Origin: Chrysemys picta bellii
Lineage: Eukaryota
Direction of reading: 5' to 3'
Assembly: GCF_011386835.1 (NCBI RefSeq)
Contig: NC_088792.1
Span: 30,194,001-30,258,000 of the forward strand
DNA: 64,000 bases
A model generated the notes under the pieces. It did no database searches, had not been told where the DNA came from, and saw nothing but the letters and a program-made list of their open reading frames with translations. A program made the position numbers and the translations under genes. Every line of letters begins with the position of its first letter. Position 1 is the stretch's first letter. Shown here piece by piece: positions 36,001-48,954 of this stretch.

Positions 36001-36654
36001 AATGTACTATGCTCGGGTCCTGAGAGATGCTGAGCACCTGGATTTCCCAGCAATCCCTGAAGGGTATCTCTCAGATCCTGAATCTTTTTCTCCTTAACAT
36101 CTATACCCTTTGTATATTTGTAGATAGGTACCAGGTCTCTCTCTTGTAAACTTAGTTCATGTCAGTTCCATTAGACCGTTAATCAGTCTGTATCCTATTC
36201 ATGTGGAATACAGCAGGAATACAGTTTAAGGTAATTGAGCAATTACATCATCTCTTTTGTGCTATCTGTAATTATTCAAGTCCCCTCTTTACTGCGGAGG
36301 ACGGTGAAGACTGGGGCTTCAGGCACCTCCCATTTTGGAACTGCCCAGTTATATAAGAATTCTGAAAGCTAGTTTTTCAGTTCTTCTGCCGCATGACATT
36401 TCTGTAGTTGGAAGTCTCACAATAACTGTATCTGCAGAAGGGTAACCCTTGATTTCATATCTATCTCAGTGTCAGGAGGGGAAAAAAACCCTCCAATCTT
36501 GTTTTTGTATAACATCTCTATGGAACTCATATGAAAACTACTTCACAAAAATAACAAATATTCAGTTTTATTCTATTTTGATTTCATATTGTGCCTGTTG
36601 CTGGTAGCTGAGCACCTCTGAAGTGCAGCTGTGATGATTGCCATCTTAGCTGGT

Positions 36655-36716
36655 GCACTAGGGATTGAATCAGGGACCTCCAAAACTAAAAGTATGAGCT
36701 GCATTAGCTGGAGCTG
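36655..36716 (-). mobile_element. tRNA-derived SINE head fragment
   Basis: Reverse complement AGCTCCAGCTAATGCAGCTCATACTTTTAGTTTTGGAGGTCCCTGATTCAATCCC has a decayed tRNA-like B box. It is not a foldable tRNA gene. Confidence 0.5.
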
Positions 36717-38873
36717 TTTAATTGGGGTGGTAATAAACTCAGATCCTCTGCAGATCAGGCACGGAGGGGATGCTCACCAGTGGGTCACACAGCCGCCCTT
36801 ACAACAGTTATTGGATGTGGTGGTTTGTTTTCTGTTACGAAGTTTTTCTTTCCTGTTAATAACATGTCCAGCATAATACTTCATTGCCATTTTCAGTATT
36901 GGAGGGGCTTGTTTTAAAATGATTTTAAAATATAGTAGGTTCATAAGGCAGAGGTGTGTTGAAATTTGCATACCATTCCAGAATTCATCACCCACTTCTA
37001 CACCCCAATTTAAAAATGTGCTAGCAGCAACAAGAACAAGAATGAAGAGGAGCAAAGAAAAGATGAAAATCACAGAATTTTGAGCATGGTGGGAGTAGAG
37101 GTGAGGGGATCATTTTAGATGGTGACGAGATATGGGGCAGGAATTAGGAAAGGTGATCTCAGAGGATAAGTTGTTACGAGAAGAGACAGAGATGGTGGGG
37201 AGAAAATGAGACTTGGAAGAAGAGTGGTGGCGAATGAAGAGAGAGGAGCTGTGTGTCCAAGGGAAAAGGCAGCTGGGAGTCTGGAGCCTGAGAAGGATGA
37301 AGAGTGGAGCTGGAGAGTGCAGGGGAAAGGAAACAGCCCCTAATCTGTGTCATTAAGCTACATGACTATACAAATACACACATTATTCACTAGAATAAAA
37401 CAATAAAATGTTGCTGTTAAAATATTTTTTTCTTTTATGAGCCTTTTCTCCAGTATTCACCTAAGATTAACCTGGTCCATGAAACCCAAACGATGTTCAT
37501 TCCCTCCCTGCAACATCAGCAACGCTACAGGAACAGAAATAAGGCCTGGCTGCAGGATCCCATTATCTAAATTCAGCCTTTCTCCATGTCTCTGTCAGAT
37601 CAGAACAACTTGAATGGGCATGAAACAGCAGGAGAGGCAATGTATGTGCTCAGGTTCTTGCAGCTCCGTCACATTACCATCTCATTGTGTCTGCAAGGGT
37701 GCTGCAGACTTGATTAAAAAAATTAATGATGAGAAACAAAAATGAGAGAGAGGAGAACAAAGGAAAAAAAGTAAAGGGAGCATGGAGGAAGTTTACTGCA
37801 TAAAAGTCATTCAGTTATCCCTCAGAGCCTAGATCCCTTGTCTAATTGTCTAAGTTGGTCCTTCAGGACTGAACTGCTTAAGTGAAATGGCAGTGCTGTG
37901 GTAAGGTAACGACGGGAGGCAGGTTGTGAACAGGATTGCACATATATGCATGAACAGTGAAGCAGAGATTCCATCTGTTCGTATTTGTCTTGTACCCCTG
38001 TTAGTAGCAGAGATGCAAAGACTGCCAAATAAAAAGACTAAATGCTAGCCAGTAGTCCCTTCTGGTCAAGGTTGAGGCATTGGTGGTACAGTTTGAGGAA
38101 ACGTGACCTGATCCTTTGTATGCTGTGCTCTTTCTGTGACTAGTTTCCATCTCCAGGGCTGTAAATCTGTCAGTTTACACTGTATTAAATTTGTTTAGAA
38201 ATCTGAAGGAAAAGAAAAACAGCATAAAAATATCTCATTGCAAAGTCATTGGATACTGAAGAACATCAGAACTGAGCTGAAGTAGAAATGAAAGCGCTTT
38301 AACCAGAATCAGTGTACCATTGCAGCTGTTTATGCCAACAAAATACCATGATTGGAGGGACATCATGATGCGTAACTTTCAACCTTAAAGCACTAAGCAA
38401 GAATAAATTTATCTTTGGTACCTCTCCCGCCACATCCCTTGAGAAGAGAGAGCCCTCTTCCATCACTTCCCCTGACCAAAAAAACCCCTCCTCCCAGCCT
38501 TCTAGTCCTGTTCTATCATCCCATTTTAAACAAGTCCCAGGACACCCAAGGCATCCAACCACCCGTAGACTGAGAACCATATACTTTCCACTCACCTAAA
38601 TGCAACCATCCCAGGTTATCAGTTCATTAGCTCTGTTGACTCCCTACCAAGTTCTTCTTTGTCCCTGCCTTATTTCCCCACTGAAACCAGCTCAGCCCTC
38701 TCTTTCCCAGCTGTATGAAGGTGTCAGAAACAGGTAGGGTGAGGAGGCAGATGGCATTAGGAGCATAGTCAGGGAGAGGAGGCGGGTTCCCATTAAGGAG
38801 CATGGCAGAGAACGTCTATTTCATTCTAGGCAAGAGTCCTAAGATGTACTCCCTTCCAGTGGCCAGAAGCCTA

Positions 38874-39145
38874 GGGTTTGCCTAGACAAATAGTTGGTGT
38901 GCAGCCCGCTGGGGTGTAAATCTACAGGGCACAAGCATGCTGCACACTACCTGTCCATGTGCACCCTGCTACAGAGTACTAAAAGGTCTCTAGTGTGCAC
39001 TGACCTACTCCTGTTTAGCAAGGTAAATCAAAGTGCAATAGGGAACTTTTAGTGCACGGTAACAGGGCCACATGGACAGGTAGTGTGTGCCCTGTAGATT
39101 TACACCCCAGCTTCCTGCACACCTCCTATTTGTCTAGGCAAGCCC
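38874..39145. mobile_element. Foldback MITE, PIF/Harbinger-like
   Basis: TIRs gggtttgcctagacaaatag / ctatttgtctaggcaagccc. Inner arms ctggggtgtaaatctacagggcac / gtgccctgtagatttacaccccag. Flanks cta / tta. Confidence 0.8.
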
Positions 39146-40165
39146 TTAGTTTTCTTCCCTAGCACATTGCCCCATGGAGACTTTCAGTTTCTTAGGAAAT
39201 TAGCAAGTCCTTGGGTAGTTATATATTTTTACTTGTATAACACCCTAAGAGTATGGTATGGCAGTTTTTATAGATTAATAAGATACAGTCCCTGCCTTAA
39301 AGGTCATAGAGTCAAAGTTTAGACATAAGACAATGTAAAGAGGATGGAAGAGAAAGGGGGAGGACAAAGGTTACAACAGTAAGATCCTCATGTGGTTGCT
39401 TTTGATGACTCCAGGTAACATACACCTGGAAATTAGCTAGTTTCGTAAGGGATCATGTACCGCCTACAACAATGCAAGTATTATCTGGAGTGTAAAAAAA
39501 AAAGTTTCAGAGACACAGAATCAGAAGAAAAAGTGCTTTCTTTAGTAATCATAATTCTTACTCATGCTACATCATTATACTTACATTTCATTTAAGATTT
39601 TAAAGAACAACTCCTATTCATTTAAGATTTCCATCAAAAACTTCTTCCAAACCTGCTTAGTGCTGTATGAATAGTGAAATGATTCATGCAGCCAGACCTT
39701 TCTAACTGAATAATTGATACATTTTGACAAGCTGAACATACAATTGGGTATATTTGCCTCACTATATGCGTGTGATGATTAACGTAAGTAGGAACTTACG
39801 TGTGCTCATCAAGGGGAGAAAATGCCCCAGTGTGGCTATTGCCTGATGGTTCAGTGAGCTGAACTTTGGTACTAGATTTAGTCTGTTGATAATGTTTAAC
39901 AGAGTATAGTGATGGTTTATAGATCTGCATGTGAAAGTATAAAATTCAGTGCACTGCAGAGAGATCGGGAGCTAATTACAATGGTAAGAATGTAAATGGA
40001 CACTATCAATTTGTTTAGGCCCCAAAATTTACCCTGCTAAATTCTAAACCATATTCCTGGAGGATAGATTAATAAACTCTTATTTCTGCCCTCCCCTCCC
40101 CCGCAGCTCATTGGCAGCATGATGCCATTGGAGCCATGCTGCCATGGCTGCCTCCAGGCCCCTGA

Positions 40166-40459
40166 GAGTACATCTACACTGTAATAAAACACCGTGGCAT
40201 GGCCGCAGCTGGCCTGACTCAGTTGACTCAGGCTTGAGGGATTAAAAATCAGAGTGTAGATTGTTCAGACTCTGACTGGAGCCTGGGCTTTGAAAGCCGA
40301 CATGGTACATGAGTCTCAGAGCCCAGGCTCCAGCCCAATCCTGAATGTCTAGACTGCAATCTGTAGCCCTTCAACCCAAGCCCTACAAGCACAAGTCAAT
40401 TGACCCGGTCTCTGAGAGTCGGTGTCACAGGTTTTTTATTGCAGTGTAGACTTGTACCC
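40166..40459. mobile_element. GTCTACAC-type MITE, PIF/Harbinger-like
   Basis: gagtacatctacactgtaataaaa / ttttattgcagtgtagacttgtaccc, with internal inverted ggagcctgggct / agcccaggctcc. Confidence 0.75.
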
Positions 40460-40724
40460 ATACGCTCTAAGCAAGAATAACACAAGCCTTTAGATACCAA
40501 GGGGATGATATGTTACCTCAGACCCCATATATAGCCCGCTTGCGCCTCCTTTCCCAGCTTACTTAGTCATTGAACCAGGACTCCGGAGTGGAGATTGGAG
40601 TCATGGAGGTTGCTGGACCTCTTTTCTGTGGAGGGGATGGAGGGAAATCTGTTCATGTAGAGTTCTCACCATGTGTGGATTCCAGGGGGACAATCCAAAT
40701 TATTTATCTGTTTTTCTCTTATGT

Positions 40725-40950
40725 ATTTTTATAGCCCCCCATTACTGTAATATCTGAATGTCACACAATCTTTAATATATTGATTCTCACAACACCATGT
40801 GGGGTTGCTGCTATCCCCATTTTACAGACAGGGAACTGAATCACAGAGACTAAGTGATTTGCTCAAGGTCACACAGGAAGAGTGTGGTGGAGCTGGGAAG
40901 TGAACCCAGGTCTCCTGAGTCCCAGGTTAGCACCATAGCGACTAGGCAAT
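40725..40950 (-). mobile_element. MIR/CORE-type SINE
   Basis: ccccattttacagacagggaactga..cacagagactaagtgatttgctcaaggtcacacag...gaacccaggtctcctgagtccca (CORE domain plus tRNA-like head). Similar decayed copies are near 41280-41410, 44400-44540, 54720-54810, 57950-58340 and 61300-61470. Confidence 0.8.
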
Positions 40951-41081
40951 CTTTCCCATTGTTTGGAGGGGGAGGGTGTGTGTGTCTGTCTCTCAGTGGA
41001 CATGTAATACGATGATACCTGGACACATGATGACTAGTGTTCTGTCACATGCATTCATAAGAACTTGTGTGTAGTAAATAA

Positions 41082-41084
<3 letters not shown>

Positions 41085-41115
<31 letters not shown>

Positions 41116-41141
41116 ATATAAAAATACACACACACACACAC
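41085..41141. repeat. (GT)14 and (AC)8 inverted microsatellite pair
   Basis: GT run 41085-41112, spacer ataatataaaaat, AC run 41126-41141. Confidence 0.9.
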
Positions 41142-41769
41142 CCCACACCTTTGCATTAATGTAGCATCATATATGTCCAATGCACAGCTCACATTGACTT
41201 CAGTTGCAGCTCTGCACTTCTGTAGTTCAAACCCCAGTGACTCAAGTTGGGCATCCAGAAAACGAGGAACACACAATTAGTGACCACCTGTGAACAGTTT
41301 GGTTTAAGTGACTTGTCCAGCATCACACAGGAAGTCTGTGGCAGAGGCAGGGAAAGAATCAAATTCTCCAGGGCAGCATTTGACTGCCTTAACCATGAGA
41401 CTGTCCTTTCTCTTCCTGTGATTCCCTGCCCCATTCTCTACACACCTTCCAACTTCAGCAGCAAATGAAGCAGGGATTCTAGAAAAACAGCCTCCTTCAC
41501 TGTCCTGATTTATCCCTAGAGTGGGTCCATTCTCTGCACTGAATGAGGCAGGGATCCTGTTGAAAAATAGTATGTGATCATATACTGTAGTTAAAAATCA
41601 TAGTGCAAATACCCAAGGCAGATTAATTAAGTTTGCAACCTTAATTCTGGCATTTCCTAACTTTTGAGTGCTTGACTTTGCAACCGACATGTTTTTAAGA
41701 TAGCTTTTGGGGTATAATTGCTAGGTTTTTAAAAAAGAAAACTTAAAAAAAAAAATTGCATCATATTGA

Positions 41770-42490
41770 CATGGCTCGTTGCCTCTGACCTGTTCCTGTC
41801 TGACTTCTATCTTTTCACTGCCCTCGCTCCTTGCCCTAATCCCATTCAATTTGCCTATCCAGTCCCAGTCACCACTCCTCAGGCTTCTCATCCCAGTCCT
41901 AATCTCCTTGCCTAGCCAATCCTCAATGCCCCCCCTACTGATCCAACTGTTCCAGCCCTCCCAGCTTCGGCCTTCAATCTGCCTCTGCCCCACCCCCACT
42001 TGCTTCCAGTCCTAGTCTCCCTCCAGGAGATCCTCTTCCAATCCCTCCTCAGATTCTTTCCCCTGTTGACTCCTCCCTAACTTCTTGTCTCATTCTCTTT
42101 TCCCAGCCAGTCCCAATTTCCCTCTATCCCCAGCTTCTTGTCAGATCTATTTCCCCTCCTCTGCTCCCCTCACACTGATTCCTAATCCAAATTTGTTTGT
42201 CCAGCCAGTCCCAGTCTTCCCACATCCGCTCAGCTCCTTATCTGAACTCATTGTTTCCCTAGCCAACTTCCTAATCTGTCTCCCACCACCACCACCACCA
42301 GGTCCCTCCTCAGCTACTAGTCAGCCTGCTCTGGCTCCCAATTCTGTGCCTAACCAGTTCCAGTCTCTTTCCGCCCCTCCGCCCCCAGCTCCTAGTCTCC
42401 TTGCTCAGCCAGACCACCTTCCCCTCTCTCCACCTGGCTCCCAGTCCATTTTCTTGCCAAACTGCCCCAGCCCCTCTCCCTGTGCAATCT
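41770..42490. repeat. Pyrimidine-rich low-complexity tract (cccagtc-like motifs), probably the interior of a non-autonomous element
   Basis: Recurrent cccagtcc / ccagtccc and C/T-rich runs. These explain the proline-rich 181-aa ORF. Confidence 0.5.
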
Positions 42491-44587
42491 TAATTCAGCC
42501 CCCTTGCACCTGTGCATTATGCTCACTATTACATGATGACATGCTATTTTTCCTTATGATCTCTTTGTCATTCTGTACACAGTTTGGACAATGTTCAATA
42601 TTTCCTTTTTATCTTCATCATTCAATGTAGCTCCAGGCCTTATTTACCTCACCCCATCAAATCCTGTGCCAAATACAAAATTATGTGGATTGCTGTGTAC
42701 CATTAAATGCCCGCCTGACAATGGTGGGCAGGTATCATCAATGTATAGAATTTCCCACTCTTGCAAGATTCTGAACTCCTTGGTGGACCAGGGCCTAATT
42801 TTATAAACTATTTTGAGACCATGTAAGATGCTATATAAATAGAAATTCTTATTTTGTCTGGACAGTATAGTATGTGATAGACTGGGGGAGACATTATTCA
42901 AAGAACATTTTGAACCAGCATGAGTTCCAATATCTGAGCAATTATAATATTGCTATAGAATTAATTGCATAATGCATTTGATCCCTTAAAAAGAAGTAAA
43001 GGACTATTTTGCATTTGTAACGTAATTTTCTCACTAGAAAAATATAATTGGCTCCGGAAATAACACATTTTAAATATTTTATATTGTTAGTAACACTAGC
43101 GTGACACAAGAATTAACATGACAGAAATGCAAATGGATTTTTGCCTGACTTCTTCAACCATAATTGCTATTGGAGAATTGGTTCGTAATGATTTTCATTA
43201 TACACATCTCCTTGTAAATGCTAATAATTTTTAGTGTCTGACTACAAGATCCATGAAGTTGATGTCCTGCTCCTCTGTCAGTGAAGTCCACTCCACTATG
43301 GGCTTGATCCAGAGCCCAGTGAGGTCAATGGAATTCTTTTTATTGACATCTACGAGTTCTGGACTGGGTCATTTTTGGATGGAAAGTTTCCATTTGAACT
43401 ATTGTGTGTTGCCTTTTTCTTTTACATAATGTTCGGTCTTTTTTTTTTTTTTTCCACCAACCCTTTAGGTTTTGGTGAATGTTTATTGGATTTTTGATCT
43501 GGTAAAATGTTTACTCATGTTGTGCTAATACATTTAGCTACTGCTTTTTAGAGCAGTGTTTTTGTGTGTTTGTTTTTGTTTTGTTACAGTGGTTCTGGAT
43601 CTATCTTGTAAATAAAACCTAGTCATTTTGTGGGTCTATAAGTCTCTCTCTCTGGCCTATATTTTCTTTGTTTATTTCTTTATCTCTTGTAAGAGATTCT
43701 TTCCCTTGACATTATGTCCATGTGTATGAACTTAGCAAATCAAAATAATAAATCTGGGTTTTGAGGGCTTTTTATTATTTGTTTTTTACAAAGTGCCTCA
43801 ATCCAGAGACTAAATGTAGCCAAAGCTATTTTCTGAAAAAATGTCACTTTGTGATCTTGCACAAGAATAAAAGTATTAGAAATATGTTAATTTTTATAAA
43901 GGTGGAAGTGGTGAGTTTTTTTTATTTTCATTAAAGAGCTATTTTTCTGCTGAAATGCAAATTTTATATGAATTGTAATCCATATTTTTTCCTAAATTTA
44001 CATGTGTAACTTAACTCATATGAGTAGCCCAATAATTTCCAAGGAACTACTTGCTGCATAAGAAAAGTAACACACATGATTCAGCGTTTGGAGCATTGGG
44101 ACCTTAGTTTTTGTATCTCTAAGAAGTAAATGCTGTAGCTATTGTATTAAGCTAATTATGATAATTTTTTAAAAAAAGAAATGTATTGCTTGGGGTTCTT
44201 TAAGAAACACCTCATTACTACAACAATGGTCTTCAGAGTGCTTTTCATCAGAAAATCATGTAAATAGTTAGACTGCTTGGCAGCTACTAGGCTACAAGCT
44301 TTGGATGAATTATGGTCTACTTACACAAGTAATAGGTATATTAAATCTGAGTATTTCATCATCAAATCTCTAATACAAGTGAGATGAATTAAAATAATAA
44401 TACTTAGCACTTATAAAGTGTTTTACATTTCTAAAGCATTGTACAAATTGTTACTACAGCCCTGGGGAGCTAGATAAGTCTTTATCCCTTTCCTTAGAGA
44501 GGGGAAATGGAGGCAAAGAAAGCTCAGTTCACCAGTGTGAAGCCTGCAGGTTTCATGGGTTTAGCTGAAGGTAGGATATGCATCTCT

Positions 44588-45338
44588 GGGTATATCTACA
44601 CTGCAATGTAAGCCCAAGGTTAGTGGGACTCGAATCAGCTGACCCATGTTAGGGAACCCTGGGCTTGGGTGTCTACATTGTTTTTGAACGCTATGTTAAG
44701 ATTATTCTAACTCGTTCTCGAACCTAGGGCTCTGCAGTGTGCAGACCCGAGTCAAAGTAACCATATCCCAGACTGCCTAGTGCTCTCCCCCACACCTTCC
44801 AAAATGTGGCTGCTGTAGCCTTAGGACCGTGGTGCACTGTGGGAAAACTTTACTGCCCACCCTGCATGTTAGCATGTTACCAAGAAGCAGCTTGCTTTGC
44901 AAAAGGCTTGATTGGCTCACTCTCCGGTGCAAACCCAGGAGGCTCTGTGATAGTGTGCTTGCAGATGGTGATGATGGGTTAACGCTGACCTGAGCTACTG
45001 CCATTTACAAACGGGGCTGGGGGGGGGGGCTTCCATTTTCAATAGAGTGGATTGCAGATTGTTGGGATAGAGTGTACTAAGGAAGCTGTCCCATGAAATT
45101 GTGGGATACTTCCTGCTGACTCCTGGCATCTAGTCAAAGGGGGTTGCATCTACACTGCAAAGCGATAGGGCCTGGACCCTGGGTCCCAGCTTACCTTGAG
45201 CTCAGATCCTTCAGCCTTACAGAGTCCTGGGACCCTGGTCCAAGCCCTGGGCTAGTGCGTTTGCAATGTAGACACAAAAGGGTGTTAGTCTTGAGCCGGG
45301 GCTGAAGCATAGGTTTACATTGCAAAATAGGCACACCC
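44588..45338. mobile_element. 751-bp non-autonomous PIF/Harbinger-like element
   Basis: TIRs gggtatatctacactgcaa / ttgcaaaataggcacaccc; TCT on both sides (44585-44587 and 45339-45341). Removing it rejoins a MIR-like ctctgtggctcaatttcttcatctgcaaagtggg. Confidence 0.7.
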
Positions 45339-45500
45339 TCTGTGGCTCAATTTCTTCATCTGCAAAGTGGGATGCATATCTGTGTATCAATTTCTACGTA
45401 TTTATTATATGCTGTACAACAGCTTAATGCTCCTGCTTTTGAAATCAATGGTAAGATTCCTGTTGACTTCAGTGATACAGGATTGAGCCCATGTTTTGCA

Positions 45501-45632
45501 TCTCCCTTCCAGCCCTACATTTCTGTGATGTTGGTAGAGACCTCAAGAGGTCATCTAGTCTAGTCTGTGCTGAGGTAGGACCAAGTATACCTGGACCATC
45601 CCTGACAGGTGTTTGTCTAACATGTTCTTAAC
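45501..45632. mobile_element. Two CR1 3' ends tail-to-tail (+ strand 45501-45529; - strand 45530-45632)
   Basis: cccttccagccctacatttctgtgat (sense 3' end) abuts gttggtagagacctcaagaggtcatctagtc...ccatccctgacaggtgtttgtctaac (antisense). Confidence 0.6.
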
Positions 45633-47928
45633 CTGCAGTGCTTAGTGTCATATTGAATCAACTTGATCCCACTATTGCTCTGCATTTTATTAAAGCCAAA
45701 AATATGTCCTCCTCAGATGCCATTTAATCTTCTCTCCTCTTCCTACTCCACATCAAGAACAGACATTGAAGAAAATTATTTTAAACCTCACAAATTTGAG
45801 AAATATTTAACTTTGTCTTCAGTATCATGGACTATTTGAAATTATTCACTTTTCAACTCACTGACTTCTCTCAGACTTTGTTCAGAGCTGTTCTGTTTCA
45901 TTTTAGGAAAGGAATTTATAATTGTGGGTTTAGCATATGTTCTGTGTGCGAGTGTAAAATCTTCTTAGTGGTTACATACTATGTTTTTAAGTGTGCTGAT
46001 TTTTACCGCTTTTAAGTTAAAATTCATGTTTAGAGCACACTGTTACATAGTGTATTTTAAAGAAATCCCAATGCCCTGTCAATGAAACATACACATCCTA
46101 ATTAGTTTTTCACTGTCTCTATCCATTAGATTTCTCATGTTTTTATTTATTGTTCAGGGATCATTCTAGGGTTTTTAAAATAATCTATAACATCAGGCAC
46201 TGTTGAGATTTTTCTGTTCCCCTCATGAGCTTTGTTGGGTCCACCTACTTCCTTTTTGCCGTGATGAATTTCCTTTGTAGTTGAGTATAGTGATTTTCTG
46301 GGTTGACATCCCTGAGGCTCTGCCTTCCAAATCAATATAGTTTTTCAATGAGTGTTATTTTATGTTGTGATATACTCCCTTGCCCCCTTTCAAGTGTATT
46401 TTAGAATAAGCCCAAGTAGAGATTTTTGATAATATGTCAATTTACTTTTTCTCCATGTGCTTGTTTCTCAGTCAAATCTAAATCAATTGTTGTCCAAAGG
46501 TTTCTCATTTTCTGTTCTTATAAATTGTCATGGTCAAATGGTTTTTGTAGGCTGACATTTATCTTTGTCATGTAGCTGTCTACATTTTGAAGTATACAAA
46601 TACCATAGACCTCTGACATTCCTTCATTAAATATATTAGAAGGGTTGACCAGATTACAAAACCCATCAACTCCTTTTAGTTAGGTTTGAAGATATTAGAA
46701 ATATGAAATGTACCCAGGCTTCTGAGAAAGAAGTGAACAAATTTTCTTTGTTTAATTACTCATTTGGGATACTACAGTCTGTTGCCAAAACCAGTTATCA
46801 TCAGCTTTGATTAGAAATCATGCAAGACAGCTGCTGAAATGTGGAGTGAAAGAGATTGTATTGGATTAGAAAGGAGTTCCTTTGAATTTGAAAGAGCAGA
46901 AGGGTATCACTGGGGAACATTTGAATATGCATTTATTTTAATATGGAGATGGCTAGGGGAACAATAACGTATGTTCTGGTTTCAAATGTTTTTCATTATT
47001 ACATTAACTAGCTTTGCTGAGTTTCTCTGTGACCTGCACTCATTTTAATTTTAACTTAATTTCAATTCAGTGTTGCAGCCATACAGGTAGGTTGAAGCAT
47101 TTCAGTGTTCATAAAACAAATCCATGAATGAACCTTTTTTCCCAACCAAGTGAACCCATACCTTTGCTAGTTTGAATCTATCCCAACAGAAGGAAGCCTT
47201 GAGAATGTACAACCCCATCTCTCTTCTAAAATAGTACATTCCATTGCTAAACTTCAAAAGCATTGTTCTGCTTCCCATTCCTGTTTATCTGGTAGCTATT
47301 CCCTTTTTGTAACAGTGCCTGACTAGCAGAGTAACTGTCTAATTCAAAATTACAGAAAACTTTAATAAATAAGTTAAATTTCATTTAAAGCTTCTTGCTA
47401 CAAAGATTTGGGGGATATCCTTCGGTTTGTCATTTGTCTCAGGTCCTAAAGGGCATTATATGTGGGATAGTGTTTGGCAGGGAGAAAGTGGCTGAATTTT
47501 CCCCTGGGGCTCTTACCCCCTTCTATAGGATGGGGGGAAATATCCTTCTAGAATATGAAGCTGATTTTCATTTGCCCTAAGGCATCTTTCCATGATGCTG
47601 TGCCTTTGCCCTTTGACGCAGCTGAAGTGGTATAAACAGATCTTAGTGTAAATGAGACGCAGATCCTGTGTGTTTGTTTCTGTCCTGATTCCTGAAGGGC
47701 CTATTCATGTTTTTTTATATATATATATAAACACCCTTTGTCATTAATCGAGGTGCAGAGCACTAATGTTTCAAATCCTGCAAAATTATATACTTGGAGC
47801 TTTATGCCCCTTAGATAGGATATTAATTTTATACCATTACTGTAGTTCACAAAGCAGACACTCTATAAAATGAGTAGATTCTAAATTAAAATATCATGTC
47901 AGTATTTACTTTTAATAAGTCAACATTG

Positions 47929-48123
47929 AGGCCAACATTTTCCAGTTGCAGTTAGGCTCCAACATCCATATTCAGGCACCTAAATAAGTGTCTTGATTTT
48001 CACATGTGCTGAGCACATGCAACTCTCAAACAGTGGGAATTGGTGGTACTCTGAATATCTGAAAATAAATCCACTTTGCTTTAGGTGCCTACCTTTAGGG
48101 ACCAAATTGGAAAATGTTTCCCA
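47929..48123. mobile_element. Short palindromic non-autonomous DNA element
   Basis: ggccaacattttcca / tggaaaatgtttccc ends; internal aggcacctaaa / tttaggtgcct. Confidence 0.5.
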
Positions 48124-48149
48124 TACACTGCAGATACATCAGTGCAAAT

Positions 48150-48640
48150 ATTAATTGAAGCTATTATTTATATAGCACCACAAGTATGAATTATGTTGCT
48201 TTACAGACACTGAGGAACTAAAGTAGATGTATTGCACCACTGTAAAGGATGATGGCAAACAAAGGGAAGGTGAAGGAGGCACAGAATGATGAGATATACA
48301 ACAGTGATCAGTCACAAAAATGCTTATGGTTACAGATACATCTTTGTTCCTCATTAACTCTTTACCATAGTGAAATGAAGGCTAGTTTGAGAGTCAAAAT
48401 TGGAAGAAGAACCCAAAGAAGGGTTTAAATGAGAGGGGGAAGGGTACTTGGTGCACAGGATTAGAGAGGGCAATCCTGGCAAAATCAGCACCATGAGGAA
48501 AAAGTTGAAGGACCATATGTGGTTGAAGATAGAAAGTGTCATGGAGATCTGAAATGGCAGAGCATGCAGAGTGCAGGGAGGAATCAAGGAACAACTAGCG
48601 ATGAGATGAAATATAGGCACAGCATTTAAGTTAAGGATGA
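48150..48640 (-). mobile_element. Old L2 3' fragment
   Basis: tatttatatagcacc...ctttacagac 3' end and a purine-rich antisense body (gagagggggaagggtacttggtgcacagg...gcatttaagttaaggatga). Confidence 0.55.
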
Positions 48641-48954
48641 TGACTACGAAAGGAAATAAAAATACTGAATAGGATCATGAGGTTTTTGGCACAATAGCTT
48701 GATATACTCATTTTTCTGTTTGAACCAAATATAACCAGGTATGTCCTTTTAAACAATGGAACTGCAGTCCCTTACATTCCATTTCACACTAATAGGAATG
48801 GGATTTATCTACTTGGCACCAATTTATTGGGGTCTATTAATCTCCTCTACAATCTAAAAGACAAGCTGTAATAGATGGATGAGACACACAAGTGGGCCTG
48901 GGACAGCGGGCTGGGAGACAAGTAGTAACAAAGATACTATAATGTGTGTAATTC

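Noticed and set aside
42085-42630. 181-aa proline-rich ORF
   Set aside because: A product of a C/T-rich low-complexity tract lacking stop codons.
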